A stretch of DNA of 64,000 bases from Octopus sinensis (taxonomy: Eukaryota), in contig NC_043013.1 in assembly GCF_006345805.1 (NCBI RefSeq), forward strand, positions 55,304,001-55,368,000. The letters are read 5' to 3'. Made by a program: the position numbers and the translations under genes. Positions 52,440 to 64,000 of the stretch are shown here, piece by piece (position 1 is the stretch's first letter; every line of letters starts with the position of its first letter). The notes under the pieces were generated by a model, which was not told the origin of the DNA, searched no databases, and saw nothing but the letters and a program-made list of their open reading frames with translations.

Positions 52440-52860
52440 AAATATTTAAATGTTCTATATTTATGAGAACATTTCAATGTAAAACTATTTCTACAATTTA
52501 ATAATTCTAATTTAGAAGTAATTATATAATACATTTCTTCAAAGCAAAAATCACATTTGAAATTACCGGTATTGTACAATGGTGCATAACTAATAAAGGA
52601 CCATTTTAGACCATAGTTAATGTCTTTTCTTTTAAATCCCTAATGCATTTACTAAGATTAGTAGAATGATATTTTCTTCTAAACATAAATGGAAAAGAAT
52701 GGTCATGTAATCTAAATTTCCAAATTGTTGTAGAAGAATCTATGCAACAGCACATATGAAACCCTGTAATGACCCCACGTTGAATACAACATTCCTCATC
52801 AAACACTGACTCTGTAATGGACAGATAATTTTATTTTTGAAATTGCAAATGCATCTATTT
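52440..52860 (-). pseudogene. Penelope-like element GIY-YIG endonuclease relic
   Basis: Across frameshifts: CNFKNKIICPLQSQCLMRNVVF / IDSSTTIWKFRLHDH..RKYHSTNLSKCIRDLKEK / LKWSFI..APLYNTGN / CDFCFEEMYYI..LLNCRN..KCSHK, colinear with the PLE EN C-terminus (CNC..CPL.G.CL...VIY..YIG.T..FK.R..NH..ST.LSKYIW.LK..W..C.LC..EK..LN.R..C.H). Confidence 0.75.
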
Positions 52861-53179
52861 ACTCACACATGGCATGCATGGTTAAAAGAATCAACACCAA
52901 CTCCCCTCTCAGAAGTAGGTGCCAAAGCAGGATTATCAGTAGTATTATAATCAACATCGTCACAAGGTGTTATCTGAAAGGTACCATCAATCTCAGTCAG
53001 AACCACTCCCACCTACAATATCAATGTCTAGTTCAGGAAATTATCTTTAGAGTTAATTCCACAATTTACGCTATATGTTCTACTCATGTTTACTAATTCT
53101 GAGTTGAGATACTGTCCAGTTTTACTTTTGCCATGTATGGCCATAATTTCAGCCAAACCTCTAGTGGCTGAATAGGAAA

Positions 53180-53221
53180 ATTTTACTCTATGGCAATTAG
53201 ATAATTGCCATAGAGTAAAAT
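53180..53221. repeat. Perfect 20-bp-arm inverted repeat with 2-nt loop
   Basis: attttactctatggcaatta-ga-taattgccatagagtaaaat. Confidence 0.95.
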
Positions 53222-53234
53222 CACAGATACAATC

Positions 53235-53440
53235 TTAACATTAGTTCTCAGTGTGACACAGAGTGTGACAAGGCTGGCCATTTGAAATACAGGTACAACT
53301 CATTATTGCCAGCTGAGTGGACTGGAGCAACGTGAAATAAAGTGTCTTGCTCAAGGACACAATGTGTCACCAGGTATCAAGGTCATGAGCTTATGATCAT
53401 GAGAGAAATACCTGAACCCCTTAGCCACACCCCTTCGCAG
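53235..53440 (-). mobile_element. S3 SINE 5' part
   Basis: gccagctgagtggactggagcaacgtgaaataaagtgtcttgctcaaggacac. Confidence 0.85.
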
Positions 53441-53657
53441 GCATAGCCACACTTAATTCACAAACACACAAATACTTCTAAAGACACACTCATGAAATTC
53501 TGAAAGATAAAATGAGATCTAAGAATTTCAGTTCTTGCGTTTGTACTTCTAATAAATATACATTGTGTGTATGTATGTATATAACAGTGTATGAGTATGC
53601 TGGAGAGGACCTAGATATGTGTGTGTGTGTGTGTGTGTATTTGCAGACATACATACA

Positions 53658-53719
<62 letters not shown>

Positions 53720-54703
53720 AAGATATACACTTGAAACAGAGAGAAATCCCAAAAGCTAGGTTTGCAGTGACAGAGATAAAACGGAACGATTATGATTAAA
53801 GGATTACGTGCACGTGCGTATGTGTGTGTGTGTGTGCATGTATTCATGCATATGTGTGTGTATGTGTGTGTTTGTGCATGTGTGCATGCGTGTGGTGGGG
53901 TTGGAAAAATCAGAAAGAAACTCTGTGAAGTACTCTGCTTCATTCATCCTGGTTGCAGAGGTGGACGACGGTACCAAGTAAGGTTTAAATATAATTAAAC
54001 CATATCAAACAAAAAAGAAAAAGGAAGGAAAAGAAAAGCAAAAGAAATAGAAAGAGGAAGAAAACAAAAGTAAAAAAAAAAAAGAAAATGGAGAAGAAAG
54101 CAGCTGCTTGTAGATGAATTAATGGACAGCTGATGAAGACCCAACTAGTGAACCTAGCAAATGGACATAAATCTGGTTGGAGAGGGGGAGATGATAAAAT
54201 TTTATAGCCAATTAGCTCTGAAAACATATGAGATCAGAGAATTACAGATGTTATAGAATCCCATATCAGGCAACTATTTCGATGAATAAACAGTTTGGAA
54301 GTAATATTTCAGAAGGCCATAAATAGGGGTTTTTAAATTACAAAGCAGCTTTCTGAGGAATATCATAAAAGACAACTAATAAGGAGAATGTATGCAGAAA
54401 TACACACTAGTTCATGTATATATATATATATATATATATGTAGGTGTAGAAATGCAAACCAAATAGCTTACACATACATACATACATACACACATACATA
54501 TATATATAAATATATATGTGCATGTGTGTGAATGTACATATATGTATGTATGTATATATGTCCATACACACACGCACATGGATACATATATAAATGTGTG
54601 TGCCCCTATACATATATTTATATATATATAATATACATATATATATATAATATATAATACATATATATATATATATATATATATAATATACATATATATA
54701 TAT

Positions 54704-54736
<33 letters not shown>

Positions 54737-54782
54737 ATATATATATAATATATAATATATATATATATATAATATATATATA

Positions 54783-54814
<32 letters not shown>

Positions 54815-54915
54815 ATTAATCAATATAGGGTGGTAAAAAATTTTGTAGAATTTTTTTGCCACCAGCGGCCTAGTGGGAAAAAATTAAATAGTCATAGACC
54901 ATTTTTAAGTTCAAC

Positions 54916-55218
54916 ATCAACAATCAAGGAACAGCCATAATAGGCCATTCACCCACTAGAAATAACAGCCAAAGCTTCAACCGCAAATAAAAATCAATTC
55001 CGTAAACCAGGAGAAAATTTTTAAAAATTTTAAAAATTTAAAAAATTTAAAAAATTACAGGGTAAATGTTTTTTAAATTTTTAAATTTTTAAATTACAGG
55101 GTAAATGTTTTTAAAATTTTCTCCTGGTTTACGGAATTGATTTTTATTTGCGGTTGAAGCTTTGGCTGTTATTTCTAGTGGGTGAATGGCCTATTATGGC
55201 CGTTCCTTGATTGTTGAT
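54916..55218. repeat. Fold-back: ~110 bp inverted arms (one mismatch) around an AT-rich spacer with a direct repeat
   Basis: 54916-55025 versus 55109-55218. ttacagggtaaatgttttt occurs twice in the spacer. Confidence 0.92.
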
Positions 55219-55439
55219 ATATATATATATAATATATATAATATATATAATATATATATCATATATAATATATAATATATATATCATATATAATATGTAT
55301 ATATATATATATAACAAAGGGTAAAATTAATTAATTAAGAAGTAATCAGTAATTTCACCAAGTAGAATTCGGCATGAAAAAGACCATTTCATGGTAAGCT
55401 TAAGTAATACTTAATAATTAGGGTTCAGCAAATCTAAAG

Positions 55440-55470
<31 letters not shown>

Positions 55471-55482
55471 ATATATAATATA

Positions 55483-55871
55483 CTAGCAGTACCACCCGGT
55501 GTTGCTTGGGTTTGTTTCGACCCTTTAGAATTGGAATTTTTGAAAAGTAAAAATTTTGCATTATGCAACTTGTTATTCTCTTCAAGTGAACATTTTTGCA
55601 GTTGAAATACACCGAAAAATGGTGACACAGCAGTCAAAAATCGTAAAAAATAGGGATTTTCATAGAAAAAAAGCACATTTTTGATGTAAATAATTTTTGG
55701 TGTTAACATGGTCCGATTTGAATTTTATCTTCTACAGAATGAAGAGCAAGCCTTCTTCTATCATACTCTCAATTTTGGTCAACTTGCGCTACAGGGTCGA
55801 AGGAGATAGTGCTAGTTGAAGGCTACCAAACCTGCCACACACAGACAACTTCAGCTTTATATATATATAGA
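55483..55871 (-). mobile_element. Non-autonomous Helitron, second subfamily
   Basis: 5' TC, 3' hairpin acccaagcaacaccgggt then CTAG|T. Confidence 0.75.
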
Positions 55872-55989
55872 TTTGCTACACACTACTTTCCATCCTTAAT
55901 AATGAAACTTGGTAGATCCAAAAGTTAAACACACAGACACACACACAGATTCACACACAGACACACAAGTTGAGTTTTATATATATAGA
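55872..55989 (-). mobile_element. Additional Helitron 5' end in tandem with the previous element
   Basis: tctatatatataaaactcaacttgtgtgtctgtg...ccaagtttcatt, same architecture as the other 5' ends. Confidence 0.55.
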
Positions 55990-56702
55990 TTTCTCAATGG
56001 GGATTTCAGGGGTGTGTTTCAAGGAGTCGCTGGCGATGTATCGTGATGATAAAAAGTCCGGCCTGCTAAAATTTGGTTAAAGTGATTCAAACTGCAGACT
56101 CAACGCAAAATGGTCACATTTAATTCAAGACCTTAAAAATGTTATGAAAACAATTGGTATGTGTTCACAAAGTCCAAACGATTAATACGAAAAAACCCTC
56201 CAGGCTACATCCCGAAAATTCACTTCTTTGCCGAATTTCTACCAATGTTTACGGCGATTCGTTTTTATATCTGGATTTTTTATTTTTCATGCAATTTATG
56301 CATGCTTGCACGCGTGGTGAACACAGTTCACGATCTGTATACTCTAACTTTTCAGACCAGTGCGCAGACGCAAACTATACCCGGCGAACAGAGGAAATGC
56401 CCGTAAAAATTTACTAGCAAATTTATCGAGCAATATTTAAAACATAGTAAATAAGGTAATAAAAATAAATTCTTATTACCCAGGAATAGCTGAGATGGTA
56501 AACGTTTTTTATTTTCATTCCATTTCATGAATTTATGCCTTCCTTGCGTATCTAGCACTTGCTTCTTTATTTGGAAGCCTTTTAATATATTTATATATGA
56601 ATAACGTATAGTCTAATGACTAATTCGTCTTTTGTGCTAGGTCACTGGTAATAAGAACTTATTTTTATTACCCTATTTACTATGTTTTTATAATATAATA
56701 TA

Positions 56703-57075
56703 CTAGCAGTATCGCCCGGCGTTGCTCAGGTTTGTAAGGGAAATAACTGTAAAGCATTTTTAGAGAGTTATAGCCAAAAAATAGCAAAAAAATGGAAAAA
56801 AAATGATGGTAAATTTTTTTGAGAGTTAAAAAGGTGGAGTTGCGTCCCCTAGACGGTCTGTGGTTTGGGTTTCTGATTCTCGACCCCATGTCGAATTTAT
56901 CGATTTTTTTCAGAACTGGAGGAACTTTTCAAAATTTTCGCTGCGTTAGTTTTGAACTATGACATTGGGCTATGTGTGTGTCAAGTTTCATCAGAATCGG
57001 TTGAAAGCCGTGGTCAGAGTGGGGGTACGAGAAAACAGACACACAGAAAACGCACAGACAAACTGCCGTTTATAT

Positions 57076-57078
<3 letters not shown>
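56703..57078 (-). mobile_element. Non-autonomous Helitron, same subfamily as 32172-32550
   Basis: High identity to the reverse complement of 32172-32550. The ORF track gives a matching peptide (MGSRIRN.NHR.SRGRNSTF). Confidence 0.85.
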
Positions 57079-57111
<33 letters not shown>

Positions 57112-57115
<4 letters not shown>

Positions 57116-60009
57116 TCAACATCATCATCATCATCATCGTTTAACGTCCGTTTTCCATGTTAGCATGGGTTGTACGGTTCAACTGGGGTCTGGGAAGCCA
57201 GAAGGCTGCACCAGGCCCAGTCTGATCTGGCAGTATTTCTACAGCTGGATGCCCTTCCTAACTCCAACCATTCCGTGAGTGTAGTGAGTACTTTTTACGT
57301 GCCACTTGCACAGGTGCCAGACGAGGCTGGCAAACAGTTACGATCGGATGGTGCTTTTTACGTGCGACCGGAACGGGGGCCAGACAAGGCTGGCAACGGC
57401 CACAATCGGATGGTGCTTTTTACGTGCCACCGGCACGGAGGCCAGTCAGGACGGCGCTGGCAACGGCCACGTACAGATGGTTCTCTTACGTGCCACCGGC
57501 ACTGGTATCACAGCTACAATTTCCATCGATGTTGATCGATTTCGATTTTGATTTTCACTTGCCTCAACAGGTCTTCACGAGTAGGGATTGTGTCAAAAGA
57601 AGAAAAGGTATGCATAAGTGGGCTGGCTACGTCCCAGGTAGATGCCATGGGTTATGGTCTCACTTGTCCTGCCAGGTCTTCCCATGCACAGTATACGTCC
57701 ATAGGTCTCGGTCTCTGGTTATTTCCTCGGTGAGACCTAAAGTTCGAAGGTCGTGCTTCACCCCCTCGTCCCAGGTTTTCCTGGGTCTACCTCTTCCACA
57801 GGTTCCCTCAACCGCTACGGTGTGGCACTTTTTCACTCAACTATCTCCATCCATTCTTGCCACATGACCATACCAGCGCAAACGTCTCTCTTGCAAACCA
57901 CAGCTGATGCTTCTTAGGTCCAACTTTTCTCTCAAGGTACTCTGTCAAGTATGAACACTGACATTACACATCCATCGGAGCATACTGGCTTCATTTCTTG
58001 CGAGCTTACGCATATCCTCAGCAGTCACGGCCCAAGTTTCACTGCCATGTAGCATGGCTGTTGGTATATATGCATCATACAGTCTGCCTTTTATTCTGAG
58101 CGAGAGGCCTTTTGTCACCAGCGGAAGTAAGAGCTCTCTGAACTTTGCCCAGGCTGTTCTTACTCTAGCAGTTACACTTGCAGCACACCCGCCCCCGCTA
58201 TTGACTTGGTCACCTAGGTAACGGAAGCTATCAACAATTTCTAGTTTTTCTCCCTGGAATGTGGCGGAAGTTGGTCTCTGAGCATTTTCAATGTTTATTG
58301 CTCCTGAGCATCTGCCACATACAAAAACTATCTTCCCAGTTAGCCTTCCTTTGACATTGCTGCACCTCTTACGTGTCCATAGCTTACATTTGATGCATCT
58401 TATAGAGTTTCTACCTATGCCTTTTCTACAGATCGAACAGGGCCATCTACCTGAAGGCGTTTGTGATTTGCCTGCCTTCCTACATATTAGGACTTTGGTT
58501 TTAGCTAGGTTGATTTTAAGGCCCTTCGATTCTAATCCTTGTCTCCACACTTTAAAACTTTGCCTCTAGTTCTGATAGTGACTCAGCAATTAGAACAAAG
58601 TCATCAGCATGGAGGGGCTCTCAAAGGCATCCTGTCTTGAATTCGTCCATTAAGGCCTGGAGGACTATGATAAATAGGAGGGAGCTGAGGACTGAACCTT
58701 GGTGGACCCTTACCTCTACACTGAATTCTTTAGTGTATTCGTTGCCAACCCTCACCTTACTTACAGCGTCTCTGTACATGGCTTGGACAGCTCTCACTAA
58801 CCATTCATCTATCCCTAGTTTCCTCATTGACCACCAGATAAGGGATCGGGGGACCCTGTCGAAGGCTTTCTCCATGTCACTGAAAGCCAGGTACAGGGGA
58901 TTATCTTTGGCTAAGTATTTCTCCTGCAGCTGTCTCACCAGAAGTATGGCATCAGTGGTGCTTTTCCCTGGCACGAAACCAAACTGCATCTCATCCAAGC
59001 TGACTCTCTCCCTAATCAGTTGGGCTATTACCCTCTCCGTGATCTTCATTACCTGATCCAACAGCTTGATACCTCTGTAATTATTTGTATCTAAAGCGTC
59101 ACGTTTACCTTTGTAGAAGTTGACTATTATGCTGCTACACCAGTTACTGGGTATGACTCCTTCGTGTATCACCTGATTAACTATACGGGTGACTAGGCTA
59201 TAGCCGACACTACCAGATATTTTGAGCATCTCTGCAGTGATTACTGATGGGCCTGGGGCTTTCCTTCTCTTCATGCTTGTAATTGCCTTAACTACTAAGG
59301 AACTGTCAACTCGGATAGCTGGTCCCTCTGTTGGGTCGACATTCGGCAGACTCTCTTTATCCCATTCATTTTCTTTATTTAGCAGCCTCTCATAATGGTG
59401 TCTCCAAACGTCTCTCTTTGCATCCTCATTCAGCGCGAGTGAGCCATCATCCATGCGAACACATTTCTCTCCTACCACATCACGATTCTCTCTCACACAC
59501 TGTCTTGCAACACGGGATACCTCCAGTCTTTGGTCCTCACGGCGCAGAACATTGGCAAATTTTTCTTATCTGCTTCCCCTCTGGCTAAATAAACCTGTCT
59601 CCTAGCTTCTCTTTTGGTAGTCTGATACAACTCCCTGCTACCACCATTTTCCAGTCTTTCCAAGCCTGTCTCTTTTCTCTAATAGCCCTGTCTACAACAT
59701 TGTTCCACCAACACGTTATTTTGGGTCGAGAGGGGACTTTGCACCATCCACAGATCTGCTCAGTGGTTCTCAGCAGGTTGTCCCTTAAAAACCTCCAGTT
59801 GTCTTCTACTCCATTTGAAGCTATATCCCCTTCTACGTCGTCAAAAGCTTCAAGTAATATGTCCCTAAATCTCTTTCCAATCGCAGGATCTTTAAGCTTC
59901 TAGACTCTTCTTCTCCATGTTGGTCGTCTTCTGGTCGTCCTCTTAGTCCTGATCCTAAAGTCACTAACTAATAGTCTATGTTGTGGGGTACATTCTTCGC
60001 CTGGGAAAT
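57112..60009 (-). mobile_element. RTE-clade LINE, 5'-truncated in the EN C-terminus, with stops and frameshifts, intact 3'UTR and (GAT)n tail
   Basis: PQHRLLV, NNYRGIKLL, QFGFVPGKSTTDAI, DMEKAFDRVPR, HQGSVLS.LLF, HADD, FRYLG, RLRWYGHVARM, GRGRPRKTW. Stop at ~57659. Confidence 0.92.
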
Positions 60010-60054
60010 AATATATATATATATATATATATGTGTATATATATATATATATAT

Positions 60055-63000
60055 TGCTCTTTAGCAATTGACATTTGGTGCATGAGAGAGTTTGATGCAG
60101 CTGCCCTCATCTGCACCTCCTGCCGCGAAGTTTGTTCATCTGGGACACCTGACAGGAAGAGATCCAGTTTTATTTTAAATACATCTGCATCCACCCCATG
60201 CAGGTCTCTCGGGTACTTCGGGAGGATATTGAAGAGCTGTGGACCTCTGAAGCCCAGGCTATCACAGTATCTTTTCCTACATCTTGATGGCAAATTTGGA
60301 GTCCTTGGCACTATGCAGTGGCACCAAGTTCTAGTATTTCTGTAACTCTCGATGCCAAAGTTTGGGACAGGTCCTTCCAGGATCTTCCAGATGTATATTT
60401 TGGAATATCTTTCTCGCCTACGCTCTAAGGAATACAGGCTTAATCTCTTGAGCTTTTCCCAATAGCTAATATGCTGCACAGAGTATATCTTCTTCGTGTA
60501 GCTTCGTTGGATCGCCGCAAGTTCTGTGATTAATTTGACACTGGTTGGTGACCATAGCTGAGAGCAATAGCCAAAGGGGCTTAGGACAAGTCTCCTTCAG
60601 AGGACCATCATGGTTTCCTGGTCTCTTGTTCTAAAAGCTCTAAGAATCCATCCGGTCAGCCGCCTATATTTCATTGCCAATTTAGCAACATGCGCATGAA
60701 AGGTTGCATCATTACTCATGTAAATATCAAGATCTCGCACTGATTGTGCCTCTGGGATTGCAATCCTTCCAGGTCCAGTGTATTTATTGGGTATTGCATT
60801 TAGTTTTGCATGTTGATAGCATAAAGCTTGAAACTTTTCAGCATTGAACTGCATGCTGTTCTTTTCAGCCCACTTGTATATTTTGTCCAGCTCACATTGC
60901 AGGTGCATAGTGTCTTCAGGGTTCTGTATTACCTGTGAAACTTTTGTATCATCTGCATAACTTGTGATAGTGGCTCTCTGCGTGGATGAGGGCATGTCTG
61001 AGAGGGCCATTATGAACAGTAGTGGTCCCAAAACAGTGCACTGCGGAACACCGCTCACTATTTGTGTGTTATTGGAGGTGGCCCCATTGGCTACTACCAC
61101 CTGACTTCTATCCTTCAGAAAGACATTCTCCCAATTTTCAATTATGCCAAGATCACGCAGTTTTTGACATATCATTCCATGATCGACTTTATCAAAGGCC
61201 TTTGCAAAGTCGAGATATATGACTTCCACATCTGAGTGGTTGAGCAGTTGTTTCAGCACCCAGCCATAGTGTTGTAGGAGATGAGTTAGGCAGCTTCTTC
61301 CTGGTCGGAAACCATGTTGGGTATCAGGCAGCAAGTTATTTTCTTCAAGGAAGGTGATTTGTTTCCTTCTGACTATTCGTTCCATGACCTTGCTGATGTG
61401 TGAGGTCAGAGAGATAGGTCTGTAGTTCTTGGCCTCCACTCTGCTACCTCCTTTATGAATAGGGCATATTTTGCCCTCCTTCAGTTTTCATGGAAGTTTG
61501 CCAGTTGCAAGGAAGCTCTGAAAGAGGCACTGCAGTGGTCTTGCTAGGAGGCCTCTCTAACATACTATTAGAAGGATTGCTGGGAATCCATCGGGGCCAG
61601 TAATTGAGTTTGGGTTCATTTCATCTATAGCCTTTAGTACATCGTCTTCCTTTATATTGATGTAATCAACCATCGCTGCCTCTGATTTTATATCTGCAGT
61701 GGTAAAGAAGTCAGTTGGATTGCTGACTTGGAAATGCCCTAGGGGTGGAGTGAAAATACCTTTGAATTGCTCATTTAGTATTTCACTTATCCTCATTGGA
61801 TTTCCTGTGAGTGTACCATCTTTTTCAAGGAGTGGCCCTATCCTACAGTGCACCGTAGCTGTTTCTTTGGCAAACTTGTAGAAAGCACTGGGGTTAGATT
61901 TTATGTTGTCTATAGCCCAGGGTTCTTTATCTGCTCTTTCTTTTTCATGGGAGAGTTGCAGGCATTTTTCAATTTCCAGCAGTTTTGTTTTCATGCGGGA
62001 CTTTTTACTGCTTTCAATTTGTTTCTTTAGGCGATTTGAAACTTTGGCACGCTGTCTCATAAGAATTTTCCTCTCTCTGGGGATTTTGTTCTTGTGTACA
62101 GTTGCCTTTCTCTCTGGAACATATTTTTAGCATATGGCTTGCATTACAGACATGAATTGTTGAAGTTTCATGTCGATGTATGGCGAGGAGACATTTAGGC
62201 CAGTTTTGTTTGAGGATCTCTTTCTCAATTTGTTTCCAGTTTGCCTTATGGATGTTCAAGCTGGAAATATTCTGAGAGTTTCTTGTAGGCTGCATGTCCA
62301 TGCTTTCCTTTGGTCCGTACATGGTCAATTCTACCATGTTGTGATCCGAGAGTAGTGTCGGTGTCACTTTCATATTATGGATGAGATCCATATTATTTGT
62401 GAAGCAGAGATCCAGTATGTTACCTGCCCTGTTTGGTTGGAGTATTATTTGCTCCATGTATAGAGTGTTGATGAGGTTCATGATGGACCTCGCCTGTCCT
62501 CGTTTGCATCGTGTCATTCCTGGGAGAGAAAGGCCCTCAGGCCATCTGACATAGGGCAGATTGTACAGCAGGTTAGCTGTTGTACAATCTTTTGTGCCAT
62601 GCACAAAAAAGATTCTTGTTCAGCAGCTGCCCTTTCAATATCATGTTGATGGCTTGTAACACGCACTACATCTGCGTACCTCTGTTTTGCAGCAGGTGGT
62701 GAGTAGTCCTTTCCTTTTCCTTTTGGTAGTTGGTTTCTGCCCTGTTTCATACTTATGTGGCAGGGTCTTTGGTGTGCAAAACGGCAGCCTGCACCCGCCT
62801 CTCCATGCCAGCAGACACCTTTCAGTTAGAATTTACACATTCGTGTGTGCTGTCTCTTTCTATCCTTTTTGGTATATGGATAGTCAGGTTTGCTTCTTTC
62901 CTTGGCTGTTTCATCTTTTGGTTTTTTTGAGTTTTAGTTTTTCCTTCTTTTACTTCTTTTTGGGCTCTTTCATCTGCATGGTTTTGGCTTTTGATGCTGG

Positions 63001-64000
63001 TAGGGGCACTTGCACTTGTGTTTACTTCCTGGGCAGGTTTCTTTCTTGAATCTCCTTTGTTGTCCTGGGTGTCTACCCGTGCCTCCATCCTTGTTATCTT
63101 TGCTTTGTTCGTTGTCAAAGATGGCATTAAGAGTGCTGATGTGAGATATTATGAGTGCATAGGAGCGTATAAACTCCTGCTTCTTTCGCTCTATCTGTGC
63201 TAACGTCCTTGTGTAACCATTCCTCTTCAGCGCAGCTGTAATTATGTTGTTCGCATTATCTCCGTCAGCACATTACAAGGCTCTTATAAACAATGCCAAT
63301 TCCATGCTCCTCCAGGTTCTGGACATTTTTTTTGGATATTTTATTTATTTATCTATCTAATTATATTTAAAATTTAACAGTGTGATAGAGGGTAAGAGAA
63401 GAAATAGAGAAAGAAAGCGTGTATTTAGAGAGATTGAGCGGCTGAAAGAAGATAAGAAGAGAGTAAGAGAGATTGAGAGGAGAATGTTCGCGTCTATATA
63501 TTTAGGAAGATTGTGAGGCTGAGAGAGGAAAGATGGTGTGACAGAGAGAAGTGAAGAGACAGAGAAAGAGGCATGAAGGAGAGAAGTGAAGAGACAGAGA
63601 GAGAAAGAATTGAAAGAGGGGAGGTTATGCAAAAATTGAGCGGCTGAGAGAAGATAAGAAGAAAGTGAGAGAGAGAGTGAGAGAAAGAGTGAGAGAGAGA
63701 GTGAGAGGAGAATGTTCACGTCTATATATTTAGGAAGACTGAGAGGCTGAGAGAAGAAAGATGTTGTGATAGAGAGAAGTGAAGAGACAGAGAGAGAAAG
63801 AAATGAAAGAGATGAAGTTATGCAAAAGATTCTTCTTTAGATAGTAGAATATATAAATAAGGTAACAAATAAATATTTGTCTATCTGCAACTACGAAAGT
63901 TCTCTTCTAAACTAATTATAAATATCTATCTATCTGTAACTACGAAAGTTTCCTTCTAAACTAATTATGACTATATTTCTAATGTTCGCGTCTATATATT
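60055..64000 (-). mobile_element. CR1-clade LINE copy D: pyrimidine-rich tandemly repeated 5' region, decayed ORF1 (ATG 63326), ORF1-to-EN deletion, RT, 3' end lost at (TA)n
   Basis: MSRTWRSMELALFIRAL*...IITAALKRNGYTRTLAQIERKKQEF. ORF fragments 62014-62604, 61557-62060, 60597-61439, 59976-60479. ~230 bp repeat in 63480-63830. Confidence 0.9.

Noticed and set aside
55990-56690. CpG-richer stretch as a host promoter
   Set aside because: No adjacent exon or start evidence; it sits between Helitrons and may be transposon-internal.

Overview
Eukaryotic, AT-rich, repeat-dominated DNA. The SINE and LINE families look like those of octopus/coleoid cephalopods (recognition from memory, not a database search). 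There are no prokaryotic genes, rRNA, true tRNA genes or CRISPR arrays. At most one short host-gene exon (683-751, minus strand) is supportable, so the window is probably intronic or intergenic. Content: (1) six decayed copies of related CR1-clade LINEs, three retaining an ORF1 with a Myb/SANT-like N-terminus and a CCCH finger, and four showing a conserved hairpin plus UUUUUUG at the ORF1/ORF2 overlap; (2) one RTE LINE with a PHD-like finger inside its RT, and a ~3 kb tandem array built from the RTE 3' end; (3) at least three tRNA-derived SINE families; (4) non-autonomous Helitrons; (5) a Tc1/mariner relic; (6) a Penelope-like GIY-YIG relic; (7) nine type I hammerhead-ribozyme-like motifs in five unrelated families, six of them in outward-facing inverted pairs, including a ~650 bp near-perfect palindrome and a tRNA-headed hammerhead element. 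Most LINE ends abut (TA)n tracts. Most entries in the ORF track are microsatellite or antisense artefacts. Repeat boundaries are read by eye and approximate (about +/-10-20 bp).
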